Shown here: piece by piece, positions 45,046-55,664 of the stretch
Layout: each line of letters begins with the position of its first letter
Numbering within the stretch: position 1 is the stretch's first letter
From: Amoebidium appalachense
Lineage: Eukaryota > Protista > Ichthyosporea
NCBI GenBank assembly: GCA_963693365.1
Contig: CAVNZM010000008.1
Span: 9,481,696-9,545,695 of the forward strand
DNA length: 64,000 nt
Reading direction: 5' to 3'
The notes under the pieces: model-generated
Databases searched by the model: none
What the model saw: the letters and a program-made list of their open reading frames with translations, nothing else
What the model was told of the DNA's origin: nothing
Program-made: the position numbers and the translations under genes

Positions 45046-45100
<55 letters not shown>

Positions 45101-45435
45101 CAACACACACACACACTCACTACACACACACAGGCACACACACACACAGACAAGCACACACCCACAGGCATACACCGTGACACACAGAAACTCTCTACCC
45201 ACTATCCTGTACTGCCTCTTGACTAATTGTATGCTTAAAGGGGAAGGGAGGGAAGGGGGAAAAGCGGAGGAGTGGGCTTTAAGTGGGTACACTGCACAGA
45301 ATGGTCACACAAAACATATGGAACACGTTGCCACACACACCCTATCGGGTGATAGCAACATATAAGAGGCAAGCCAAAGCAGAAAAGGCAGCATAAAGCG
45401 AGGACGCAACACAATTAGAGTCCATTTGTGTGTGT

Positions 45436-45472
<37 letters not shown>

Positions 45473-47820
45473 CGCTCTGCCCTGCATGGGGAGAAGAGGG
45501 GGGAGGGGGGGGGGGGGGGGGGGGGGGGGGGCTAGGGGAAGCAGCGACTAATCAGAGTGCCGGGTGGTAGTGATGTGGAAATTTATAACAAAGGGAACGA
45601 GTAAAGGGAAAGGAGGTGATGGGGGGAAGGGTGAAGGAGGAAATGGGAGGCGCACACTAGAGGGGGGGGACCACCCACACATCATAGCCTCTGGGGCCCG
45701 ATCCAACGCTGCCTGCGCTGCAGCCACCCGCGCGGCTGGCTGACGAGAATCCTGACGGCGAGTGACATTTACCCCACAGCCAAATACCTCCGGCTCCTCG
45801 TGTGGAAGAAAGAGTGGTGCGCGCTGGTAGCCCCGGCCAAAAACAAGAACACCATGAAGGTGATCCGCAGTAGGGGCGACGAGATAATCGGGTGCTGCCC
45901 TGCCCCGCTGGCGCGTGCGTTCGGCATGGGTGCTAGCAACATTGGGGTCGCGCTTGTGGTTGTATTTATTGAAACGTGGAACAAAAATCGAAAGTGCCGT
46001 TCGTGCAGTCATACGCGTGATACCCTTGACATGTGTGCGAAGTTGGCGATGTAAAATTTCATTTTGCCCGGTGCCACGCCCAACAGGGATGCCACTTAGG
46101 CAGCCTTTCCGAACATGGACCAGAAGGGAATTAATTTCGGCGCGAGCCTCTGCATTTACAACAGCAACCCCATCCTTATCATGCACCCCTCCCCACACCT
46201 CTAGAAAGTGGTGTATGTTCGATTCAATAACGGCCGGCTCTGGGGTCGGCAGAGTCCGATGCTTACCATTATCTCCGGGTGCACGCAAAACTTTACCAAA
46301 GGCCCCGGATGCAGGTCCATGATACACGTGCCGCTTGGACATGGCCCTTGTCACTCGCTGAACTGCATGGAACGGGTCTAATTTAACAATACACTGTGGT
46401 CCGAATATTGTGATTATCTGCTCCCGGTGTTTACAGCAATTATCAATATAAAAGTGTGAAATCTCCGTTTCGAGCCGCACACACCTCTGCTGAAGCAGTC
46501 GTAATGCTGTCTCGACGTATTCAAACCCCTCCTTGTTAACAAACTGCCAAGAAACTACTTGACCGTGTTCATTAAGAACACAGAACATGGCCGTATATTG
46601 CTGAACCCACTCATCGCCGGAAAGGTAACCTATGTTCATGCTCACTTTGAAGGTATGGTCTGCCGATAGTTGGGTGCAGGGTATATTTGCCATCGCCGCC
46701 GTCATGGGCTCTTTCAGATGGCCCTCAAAAACCGCCAAATACAAATCGGCAATATACGTATCGGATGGTCGGTGGTAATGGAACATGTCGCTGCGCTCTG
46801 GCATTAGGGAAGTACTGGTGCGTTCGTGTGTTATATGGTCCAGCATTGAAGCTTGACCGGCGGGGGCAAACCTTCCCAAAAACGAGCATTGTTGTGTAAG
46901 AACCGCGAGTCGCATTTGATTGTATTCCGTTTCATATCGGCTATCAAAGTATTCCTCTACACCCAAAAAGCCACGGCCGTTCCAAACCAAATGACATATT
47001 TGGTTCACTACTGCCCGGCTAGCACCCGCGCGGCTGGTGAGGTAGAAAGGAAAGAGTCCATTCAAATGGGTATCCAGGTGGCTAAGAAAATTGGGATCGT
47101 GCCCACGGAAGCATCTGCTGCATTTGTTGCAACAATACACACGACTGACTATAAGAGTTTGACCTTTCATGTCATACACTGACCTAGGAGGGTTTTTCGC
47201 GTTGTCAGTCCACCCGTTCTTCTTTAGCCTGGTACCGGCACACCCGTCCGTGGGGCACAACAGCTCTCGCCGCCCATGGTGAAAATGTGATTGCGGATCC
47301 CAAATGAAAACTGCAGGAACAATCATCTGCAATGACGAGGGTTTGTAAGAAACTTTGCGCCGCCAAAGCTTCTGCTGTGTAACATGCCATGCCAAACAGA
47401 TCATGGGAGAGGCACAAAGGTCCATAAGATTAAGTGCAAGGGAAGGCCTGAGCGGTGAAGGCATTGGTATCCACAAGATGCAAAAGGACACACCTAACGT
47501 ATTACATAAAAAACAACTTCTAAAACGGAGGAACCACCTGTAAGGCCCAGAACAGAGAGACAGGGGAGGGGAGAGAAAAAGTGGAAAAGAGGCAGGGGGT
47601 GGTGGGGAGAGAGGGGGGGGAGGGGGGGGGGGGGGGGGAAGGGGGGAATCACCTGATGGACTCCCTCCGCTGTAGATGCATCTATCCGGCCGCCATGACG
47701 GGTTTGATGCCACACCCAATCCCTGAGGAAGGGCTGGGGAGGGCACGTGCCAGCTTCGACAGAGTCCTCATGATCCGCTATGCAATAATCAATGTACCGT
47801 GCAACGAATGGCTGTTCCAG
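40414..47820 (-). CDS. Spliced multidomain transposase (>1300 aa): Zn-finger N-terminus, DDE core, OTU deubiquitinase, CXC cluster, Myb/SANT-like region; exons ~47820-47653, 47374-45679, 44505-44205, 42822-41998, 41401-40414; start not resolved
   Basis: FIWDP..CP..C..GW..CNKC, then SADHTFK (D), YIDNCC (D), LDPFH (DxxH), GQNEILH (E). OTU motifs ADGNCLF..GDA..LANAL..DHY. CSC..C..CIC..C..CRC..CGN. GRWSDAET..KTLKQIKSKI. Splice phases 0,1,2,2 join in frame. Confidence 0.85.
42957..43273 (-). repeat. Dispersed repeat family A copy inside a transposase intron
   Basis: Differs from 31597-31913 at only about two visible positions. Confidence 0.9.
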
Positions 47821-48329
47821 CTGGCATGATCTTTAGACCAAGATTTGTTTTCCTTAATGACTTTTTTGTTCACCCCATCTGGGTTGTTTGTTGAACCCGC
47901 TGCAGCCAAAAGACAAAAGGCGAGGATAACATGAACGAGAATCCTCAGCAAAGCCCAATGGCCTTGCCCACGTCCAATGCGGACGCGAGCATGTTTGTAA
48001 CCCATGCTCACACAAAATATGTACTGTCAGTTATGATCGAGCATTAAAGGGTGTTGTCTGTTTTTATTATTTTTATATGAGCCTACTGCAATATGATAAG
48101 GATGCTAGCGCTGTGTCACACCTGTCAACTGCCAGTCCAGGCTGTGACTGCCCGTTCAAGTACGCCACCACCTGCACGTGGTTGACGTGGTCTTGCTTAG
48201 CCCGCCTTTCGAGTTTATTCCTCGAATCAGACGCCACCAACGATGAGCCACAAAAACGGGTCAGAAAACGGGTCAGGAACGATTCGAGCTGATTCGACCC
48301 ATAATAGTTCGAACCGACCCATTTATGCC

Positions 48330-48522
48330 CCAAATAAATTTGGCACCAAATAATTTGGCACGAACCTGGTGACGTAAAATGTGGCACGAATTTATTTGGC
48401 ACCAGCCCGCTAGCGGAGCACATCCAGGGGTATCCCCAAGCTCCTGTCGGTGCCTGGGCGACATCCTGCCCCATTTTCACCGTTTTGCAGGCTCGTGCCA
48501 AATAAATTTCGTGCCAAATATT
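48330..48522. repeat. Subterminal direct and inverted repeats (ATTTGGCAC / GTGCCAAAT), candidate transposase-binding sites
   Basis: TTTGGCAC(C/G)A several times at 48338-48404 and inverted GTGCCAAATA at ~48495 and 48511, just inside the right TIR. Confidence 0.6.
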
Positions 48523-49944
48523 ACGTCACACCCTAGGAGCTTGGGAATTGAGGGTAGCACCCTTATTTGGTTTGAAAGGCTTACCGTGGGAAGAGAGAAA
48601 GCAAGAACGAAAGAAAGATCGCTAGAAAGAAAGAAGGAAAAAAAGAAAGAAAGAAAAAAAAAAAAAAAAAAAGAAAGAAAGAAAAAAAGAAAGAATGAAA
48701 GAAAAAGAAAGAAAAAAAAGATAAACAAAAGAAAAGTGAAAAGAAAAAAAAGCGCCGGTTGGTTTTTTGAGAGCCTCCGAGGCCGCTGCAGCTGCGCGGC
48801 GCCAAAAGCCATGGGAAAATCTCCCCATACCCCAAACCATGGGATCAAAAAACGACATTTTTATTCACTTTGGGAAAGCTGCTGACTAATATAGCAAACT
48901 TCGGCACAAGCTAAAACTAAATATTTGTGTTAAATTGTGCTTGATTTCAAAATTTACCATCGATTTTTAGCGAGAGTGATGTGCTGTGATGTATTGTTGG
49001 CCATGTTCAAACACGACACGCCATCATGAACAGGTTTGTGGGGAATCTATTACATGGCAAGAAGCTGTGTGTCTATTTTTAGAATATCCAATCAATGTCA
49101 AACAGTCAAAAACTTATTGCTTCATTCTGATTGGTTGTCACACCGCGGGATTTCCCGATTGTTCTTCCAATGACATTTTCTATCACTATCGACAGTTCTC
49201 CAATATTAGAACAGAAAACGGTTTATACCCAGATGGCCAGATGGCCAGATCAAAATCAGTGTGTGAAAAGAGGTGGATAAAACGGGATAAAACGGGATAA
49301 AACGGGGAGTCAAAATGATCTGGCCATCTGGCCATGTGGCCATATAATAGCAAATCACTAGCATGTAAGACACTCACTGCCACCACTGGGGCCTGGTTCC
49401 GGCAGGACGGGAGGCAGAGGAGGCAGAGGAGCAGGCGAGACTGGCGAGCCACCCACAGCGTGGATAAATATTATGTATGCATAGTGTATGTTGCCTGTGC
49501 AGCAGGCTGGGGGGGGTGGGGGAACCATGGTATGCACGTGTTGGAATGCCACCACTGGGGGCCGTGGTTCCGGCAGCAGGGGGGGCACAGGAGCAGGGGA
49601 GGCACACGTGCACAGGAGGCTGGGGAGAGTGGGGGAACCATGGTTGTGTGATACTATCTATCCCCCATGTATGGCTGAGTTAAGACCATTTGTTCATGTA
49701 GCACGATCTTCTAGCATGCACGTGTTGGAATGCCACCACTGGGGGGCCTGGTTCCGGCAGGCAGGGGGGCAGGGGGGCCACCCAGTGTGTGGGTGTGCAT
49801 GTGGCAGGGGAGCAGGGGGGCAGGGGGGCAGGGGGGCAGGGGGGCAGGGGAGCAGGGGGGCTGGGGAGACTGGCATGCCACTCACGGGGAGGATAGTGTA
49901 TGTTGGCACGTGTGGGTGTGTGGGTGATAAAGGCAGAAGCCACA

Positions 49945-50275
49945 ACACGTGTGGTGTCTAAACAGCCTATAGGCATGCTCCGTGTGCAGGCACCAATTTC
50001 TACCCTCTTCTGGTTGGTGCCAAGAGGCAGCGCCCTACACGTGTGGTGTCTAAACAGCCTATAGGCATGCTCCGTGTGCAGGCACCAATTTCTACCCTCT
50101 TCTGGTTGGTGCCAAGAGGCAGCGCCCTACACGTGTGGTGTCTAAACAGCCTATAGGCATGCTCCGTGTGCAGGCACCAATTTCTACCCTCTTCTGGTTG
50201 GTGCCAAGAGGCAGCGCCCTACACGTGTGGTGTCTAAACAGCCTATAGGCATGCTCCGTGTGCAGGCACCAATTT
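49945..50275. repeat. Perfect tandem array, 92-bp unit, about 3.6 copies
   Basis: ACACGTGTGGTGTCTAAACAGCC... starts at 49945, 50037, 50129 and 50221. Confidence 0.95.
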
Positions 50276-50568
50276 GTTGTGCCTTCCTTTTTTGGTTAGA
50301 TCTATACCCGGCCAATGGTTAGCAGCCACGGGTTTGTTTTCATCAAGCTTAGACGTGATACTTTGCCAACCATCAAGGCCGTTTGAGTGACAATGACCGT
50401 TGATTGGAGAGATCTATCCCATTGAGCCTTGGCACCATTGCTGTAAGCTGCTTTGTACCGTGGCATATAAAAGCAGCACACACGGTCACATTCACTCATT
50501 TCAACACTGACACTCAATAGTAAAAGGCGACACACAACAAACTTGTTTTTCAAACACTCACACGAAAC

Positions 50569-51753
50569 ATGGATTCTTGGAAAGAGGAGCTTCAACAGCT
50601 GCAGAAGCGCTTTGATTTTCTGTACACGGACCATTCGTCTCGCTTAACGGCCCTGCACACCGACGTCACCAGCCTCCGCACCGACCTCACCAGCCTCCGC
50701 AGTCAAGTGACCAATGAGAATGCTGCGCGTACCCCCCGACCCCCCCAACCCCAGCCCTCTGATGTAGAGGCACGACTGAGGGCAGCCGAAGAGCAGATCA
50801 AGACCCTGCAGGCCGAGCTTGCCAGCCTGCAACGGGCTGCAGCACCCCGTCGGGATGGCCAGGTGGCCTATGAAAACTACATTTTCAGTGGCCCTCGCAA
50901 GACTACCATTGCCGCCAACACCACCACTGTGACTGCTGACCCCACCCCTGCCGCCAACACCACCACTGTGACTGCCCCCCCCCCTGCCGCAAAGACCGCC
51001 CCTGTGACTGCCCCCACCCCTGTCGCAAAGACCGCCCCTGTGACTGCCCCCACCCCTGTCGCAAAGACCGCCCCTGTGACTGCCCCCACCCCTGCCGCCA
51101 AGACCACTCCTGCCAAGACCACCCCTACCACCAAGACCACTCCTGCCAAGACCACCCCTACCACCAAGACCACTCCTGCCAAGACCACCCCTACCACCAA
51201 GACCACTCCTGCCAAGACCACCCCTGCCGCTAAGCCCAGGCCCAAGCACACCAAAACACCTGAGACTTCGTTGCATGACCATACGATGGACCTCGATGCA
51301 CAGCTAACTAGTGTGAGGGGGGAGCTCCAGAATGCTCGAGAGCGTGTCAAAGAGGCAAAGGCGGCTGAAGATGAAATGGCGGAGGGCCTGGCCATTGCTG
51401 CTGTGTGTGCAGCCCAAAACACCATAAAAAGCATCCGAAGGAAGATTCTGCGACGGGAGAAGAACTTGAAGGCATACACAGGTGGTAATGAGTCTGTCTC
51501 TTCACCTGCCTCACCCGCCAAACGCGTCCATGATCAATGTGATTGGGACTCAGATGAAGCATTCAACCCCAAGCGGCTCAAACGACGGGCAAATCAGGTA
51601 CTCGATGATATGACAGATGACGAATCTGCGTCTGATCGTGAGTCGGTCTTGTATGACCGCAAACCTGAACCCAAACATAAACAAACTGAAGAAATTCCCC
51701 TCATTGATCTTGACCAGGAAGAGTTTGACCAGTATGAGCATGAGATGTACTGA
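50569..51753 (+). CDS. Intronless hypothetical protein: N-terminal coiled coil, T/P/A/K repeat linker, second coiled coil, acidic tail
   Basis: 394-aa ORF, TATAAAA ~50466, heptad pattern (LTALHTDVTSLRTDLTSLR), repeats KTAPVTAPTP and KTTPAKTTPTT. Confidence 0.75.
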   Translation: MDSWKEELQQLQKRFDFLYTDHSSRLTALHTDVTSLRTDLTSLRSQVTNENAARTPRPPQPQPSDVEARLRAAEEQIKTLQAELASLQRAAAPRRDGQVAYENYIFSGPRKTTIAANTTTVTADPTPAANTTTVTAPPPAAKTAPVTAPTPVAKTAPVTAPTPVAKTAPVTAPTPAAKTTPAKTTPTTKTTPAKTTPTTKTTPAKTTPTTKTTPAKTTPAAKPRPKHTKTPETSLHDHTMDLDAQLTSVRGELQNARERVKEAKAAEDEMAEGLAIAAVCAAQNTIKSIRRKILRREKNLKAYTGGNESVSSPASPAKRVHDQCDWDSDEAFNPKRLKRRANQVLDDMTDDESASDRESVLYDRKPEPKHKQTEEIPLIDLDQEEFDQYEHEMY

Positions 51754-52144
51754 TTTGATTGGTCGACTAAGTGGCATTCTCTTTTGATTTGTATTTGAAT
51801 TGATCGGTCTTGATTTATTTGTTTCTTTTCTCTTTTAGTTTGTATTTGAATATAGTTGATTTGTTCTTTATAATCTGACTAGACTATCATGTACGTACTT
51901 ACTCTTTTTCTATACAATCACTTGTGTTCATATTAAAGGATTCTGTGTACGTGGACCACGGAAACATACACCATTTTTTGCAGTGCTTCATGCTATAAAA
52001 TAACCATGAGAGACACAAACAAATACACTAAGTGTGTACACGTCTACCCATAGGCCCAAGTGTTGACATGTCTGCCCACAGTTCCCTAAGGCTTAAAGCA
52101 CACATCTGCCTGTATGCCATAAACTTTACTTTCACCACAAGACA

Positions 52145-52847
52145 CCCACCTAAGTACACTCTGCACCACCCTAAGTACACTGTGGTGCACAGCCCCACCC
52201 TAAGTACACATCTGCACCACCCTAAGTACACTGTGGTGCACAGCCCCACCCTAAGTACACGTCTGCACCACCCTAAGTACATGTCTGCACCACCCTAAGT
52301 ACACTGTGGTGCACAGCCCCACCCTAAGTACACGTCTGCACCACCCTAAGTACACGTCTGCACCACCCTAAGTACACGTCTGCACCACCCTAAGTAGACT
52401 GTGGTGCACAGCCCCACCCTAAGTACACGTCTGCACCACCCTAAGTACACGTCTGCACCACCCTAAGTACACGTCTGCACCACCCTAAGTACACGTCTGC
52501 ACCACCCTAAGTACAATATGCACAGCCCCACCCCAAGTACACGTCTGCACAACCCTAAGTACAGGCACCACCCTAAGTACAGGCACCACCCTAAGTACAG
52601 GCACCACCCTAAGTACAGGCACCACCCTAAGTACAATATGCACAGCCCCACCCCAAGTACACGTCTGCACCACCCTAAGTACAGGCACCACCCTAAGTAC
52701 AGGCACCACCCTAAGTACAATATGCACAGCCCCACCCCAAGTACACGTCTGCACCACCCTAAGTACAGGCACCACCCTAAGTACAGGCACCACCCTAAGT
52801 ACAGGCACCACCCTAAGTACACGTTGCACAGCCCCACCTAAGTACAC
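52145..52847. repeat. Complex tandem array of ~32 units of 18-29 bp with core CACCACCCTAAGTAC (contains CCCTAA = TTAGGG)
   Basis: Unit variants GCACCACCCTAAGTACAG (18), GCACCACCCTAAGTACACGTCT (22) and longer ones containing GCACAGCCCCACCC, in higher-order blocks. Confidence 0.95.
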
Positions 52848-52917
52848 ATCGAAGGCTCAGCCTGACAGCGTGGCTGCATTTCAAAAATACACACACAAGA
52901 ATAGCCTGAGGCTTAGC

Positions 52918-53595
52918 CTACTCATAGCGGCCCCTTTTTTCACTGTGTCCAGGCCTCTTGGACTCGGAAGACGAGTACTCCTCAGGTTCTGACTGCTGTC
53001 CCCGTGTCAAGGTCTTGGACTCGGAAGACGAGTACTCCTCAGAAGACGAGTACTCCTCATGTTCTGACCGCCGTCCCCGTGTCAAGGTCTTGTACCAAGC
53101 TAACGCGGCCCGAGACACAGGCACTGGAGGAAGGTAATCCACCTCCGACCCAGAGCTACTGACTTCCTCTCGTGTCCTCTTCTGCTGTCTTCGTGGTTTC
53201 TTCCGTGTCTTGGACCCCTGTGTGATGTGCAAACGTGAGCGCTGCAGGGGCTGGGGGGCCAAGTCCACGGGATAGGAGCTGCCATGCTCGCCAGCACGAA
53301 GTGCAGGTGCCGCTGCCAGGACAGGGGGTGCCACGGTTGCTGCTGGGGGTGTCACGGTTGCTGCTGTAGTGGTGCGCGAAGCCGCTGCCAGGACAGGGGG
53401 TGCCACGGTTGCCGCTGGGGGTGCCACGGTTGCCGCTGTAGTGGTGCGCGAAGCGCGGGTGTGCCTAGCAAGGGCGCGCGCGAAACGGGCCTGGGTGTCC
53501 CGCAGGGCCTTTGCATCCTCCTCCAAAGTCTTGAGTCTTGTCTCTATTTTTGCAGCGCGCCTTTCTAGATCTTTGATATCCTCTTTAGAACTCAT
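52918..53595 (-). CDS. Intronless hypothetical protein: coiled coil, A/T/V/P repeats, basic and Ser/Glu repeats
   Basis: MSSKEDIKDLERRAAKIETRLKTLEE, ATVAPP repeats, RKKPRRQQKR (NLS-like), EEYSSSE repeats. AAAATG start chosen. Confidence 0.7.
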   Translation of the reverse strand: MSSKEDIKDLERRAAKIETRLKTLEEDAKALRDTQARFARALARHTRASRTTTAATVAPPAATVAPPVLAAASRTTTAATVTPPAATVAPPVLAAAPALRAGEHGSSYPVDLAPQPLQRSRLHITQGSKTRKKPRRQQKRTREEVSSSGSEVDYLPPVPVSRAALAWYKTLTRGRRSEHEEYSSSEEYSSSESKTLTRGQQSEPEEYSSSESKRPGHSEKRGRYE

Positions 53596-53599
53596 TTTC

Positions 53600-53755
53600 G
53601 TGACAGATACAGTTGAACCTACCATCCTTTCCTAAACTTGCCAACATGACCACGGGTCATGAAAGGAGCTAGGCTAGTGGCATGGTCATGCAAGATTACA
53701 AGAACCTTGGCCTATACCGGCAGAGGCCCGTGGCTGCCCACGGGCCGCGTACATG
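53600..53755 (-). ncRNA. Predicted omega-RNA (right-end RNA) scaffold plus flank-derived guide for the Fanzor2
   Basis: Perfect 9-bp hairpin GGCCCGTGG-gcag-CCACGGGCC (53725-53746) and CATGACC-cgt-GGTCATG (53645-53661) at the 3' end of the ORF. Location inferred from known TnpB/Fanzor biology. Confidence 0.55.
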
Positions 53756-55664
53756 AGCGAATAAATATGTTGCGAGCCCCATTGACATCTCTGTCAATGA
53801 CCAACCCACAATGTTTACACTTGAACACCTTAGAACCTCCAAGACCCTGGTTGATCTGTCCACACCTCCCACACGTTTTGCTGGTGTAGGATTCATTGAC
53901 AAACACCACTGCAGTTCCCCGTTGCTCTGCTTTACACACCAGCCGTTGTCGAAACTTGGCATGCTGCCAACCCATCATGCATCGGACGCTCTTGCTGCGA
54001 AGTTTCCTCTTGCCCCTACGTGACATACTCCCAGAGTCAAACCAAGGAATAACTACCACGTCGAAGTTGGAGGTGAGCCATCCAGCGGCCTTCCAGTGTG
54101 CGTCGGCAATAAGGTTCTGAACCCTTCGGCGCATTCGGAACAGGGCCTTTCTCATCCGATACCGACTTTTGTGTTTAACAGATGTCTGTGTCAAACGACT
54201 TTTCAGCTGGTCCTCACGGTTGAGCAGCCGACTGATGCGTTTGATGTCCCCGGGAAAAAGGTGTGTGACCTCCTTGTTACAGGGGTCATAGACAGTCTGG
54301 AAGGTTCTAATACCAGGATCAAGTGCACATATCCGCCTATCGTGTTGTTCGGTTAGAGGGGTTTGGCTATCACCCCCCGGTACCCGATATGTAATTGACA
54401 GGTAGAAATGCCCGTCCCTGGTCATCAAGAGCCGCCCATCTGTTTCCATCTCATCCGGTTGTACTTGCTCCGCAAGTTTCAAATGCCCACCTTCGGGGCA
54501 CATCGTTGGGGCAAAAATGGCGTGTGTACCATTGAACTTGGTGAGTGCGCGGGGTATTGGAATTGATTGATATCCGTCCTTTTTGGATCTATACCGGACA
54601 AAGACACTGGTTGCCTTTAAACCCCTCTTCTTAGCATAACGTGCCTTTGCCTTCTGCGAACCCACGGCCCCGAAAAAATCATCCACCGCGCCGTTACGAA
54701 GAAGGTTTGGCACACGCTTCTTGTATTCTTCGCAATCTGGAATGCTTTTGTTGTTGACAAATTGCCTGCGATATTCGGTTTTGTCCATGCTTCCCTTCAG
54801 GTCGTGAAAACCTACACATTGATTGAAGATCTTCCTTGCCACTCCGAAGCATTCGACCAACCATCGCTTTTGTTCCTTTGTTGGGATCACACGGATGAGT
54901 TTTGTGCGGACCAAAAGCTCGGTCCTTTCCCGCAAAGCCAAAACGTTCACTCCACAGGCCACATAATCGTCAAGCTCCGGAGGCCGTCCATTAAGACGAT
55001 CCTTCAAATAGAGTTTCTGCTCTTTCTTCATGTGTTTCGATGCCATGCGCTTTAGTCTTTTGACGTTCTTTTCCGCTTCCCTCTGTTCCATTGCACTTGT
55101 TTCCGTACTTGCGACGTCCATGATGCTTACAGACAAAGTGGGTGGTGACGGCGATAAGGTCTTCCGCGAGTTCATCTGTATTGGATTCGTCTGCGTGATT
55201 GAGAACCACGATTTTGACCCCATATGCTTCCAGAATCCACCACAGCAGGTCACCGGCGAGTCGACACAGCCTGTCCTTGTGGGCAACCACAATCTCTCTG
55301 ACATTTCCCTTGCTTGCCCGTTCCAAAATGGACAGCAGTCCTCTGCGCTTAAAGTTGACGCCACTCCCGACATCAGTGACAATTTCGTGATTGGGACACC
55401 GTTCACGCAGATACTGAACTTGCCGGTCGAGGTCCGTGCGCTGTTTGTGGGATGAGACCCGTGCGTAGGCAACATCAACTCTGTCTGTTCGTGTGTCCGT
55501 TTCACACCCGAGCAACGTGTCAATGTCCGAGGTGTTGTACAGGCGGACATTGCCTGGTGTTCTAACAATTCGGATGCGTCCCTGGTTTGCCCATCTCCGA
55601 AGTGAGGATCCCGATACCCCGTACTTCTTTCTGGATTGAAGTCCAGATATGTACTTGGTGCCAT
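53712..55664 (-). CDS. tnpB: Fanzor2 / IS607 TnpB RNA-guided endonuclease; 650 aa if started at 55664, otherwise from a Met near 55100
   Basis: IRVIPTKEQK..FGVARKIFN (HTH/WED), RuvC-I ALDPGIRTF, RuvC-II region VVIPWF with relocated Glu in VNESYTSKTC, Zn finger CGRC..CKHC, RuvC-III DRDVNGARNI. Confidence 0.93.
   Translation of the reverse strand: MAPSTYLDFNPERSTGYRDPHFGDGQTRDASELLEHQAMSACTTPRTLTRCSGVKRTHEQTELMLPTHGSHPTNSARTSTGKFSICVNGVPITKLSLMSGVASTLSAEDCCPFWNGQAREMSERLWLPTRTGCVDSPVTCCGGFWKHMGSKSWFSITQTNPIQMNSRKTLSPSPPTLSVSIMDVASTETSAMEQREAEKNVKRLKRMASKHMKKEQKLYLKDRLNGRPPELDDYVACGVNVLALRERTELLVRTKLIRVIPTKEQKRWLVECFGVARKIFNQCVGFHDLKGSMDKTEYRRQFVNNKSIPDCEEYKKRVPNLLRNGAVDDFFGAVGSQKAKARYAKKRGLKATSVFVRYRSKKDGYQSIPIPRALTKFNGTHAIFAPTMCPEGGHLKLAEQVQPDEMETDGRLLMTRDGHFYLSITYRVPGGDSQTPLTEQHDRRICALDPGIRTFQTVYDPCNKEVTHLFPGDIKRISRLLNREDQLKSRLTQTSVKHKSRYRMRKALFRMRRRVQNLIADAHWKAAGWLTSNFDVVVIPWFDSGSMSRRGKRKLRSKSVRCMMGWQHAKFRQRLVCKAEQRGTAVVFVNESYTSKTCGRCGQINQGLGGSKVFKCKHCGLVIDRDVNGARNIFIRSCTRPVGSHGPLPV

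Larger units (their letters stand above)
39712..48561 (-). mobile_element. ~8.85-kb autonomous DDE DNA transposon of the MULE/hAT/P/ISL3-type DxxH clan
   Basis: Imperfect TIRs: GGGTTGCACCCTCGTTTCCCAAGC (39711-39734) vs reverse complement GGGTGCTACCCTCAATTCCCAAGC (48539-48562), 19/24 identical. Flanking duplication CCTTATTTGG at 39703-39712 and 48561-48570 (6, 8 or 10 bp depending on how many terminal G/C belong to the TIR). Internal transposase gene. Confidence 0.8.

Noticed and set aside
48477-48885. Lys/Arg-rich and Phe-rich ORFs
   Set aside because: They derive from an (AAAG)-rich low-complexity tract.
49945-50275. CRISPR array
   Set aside because: The 92-bp units are entirely identical, with no spacers.
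52145-52847. CRISPR array
   Set aside because: The linkers between cores are short and themselves repeated; there are no unique spacers and no cas genes.
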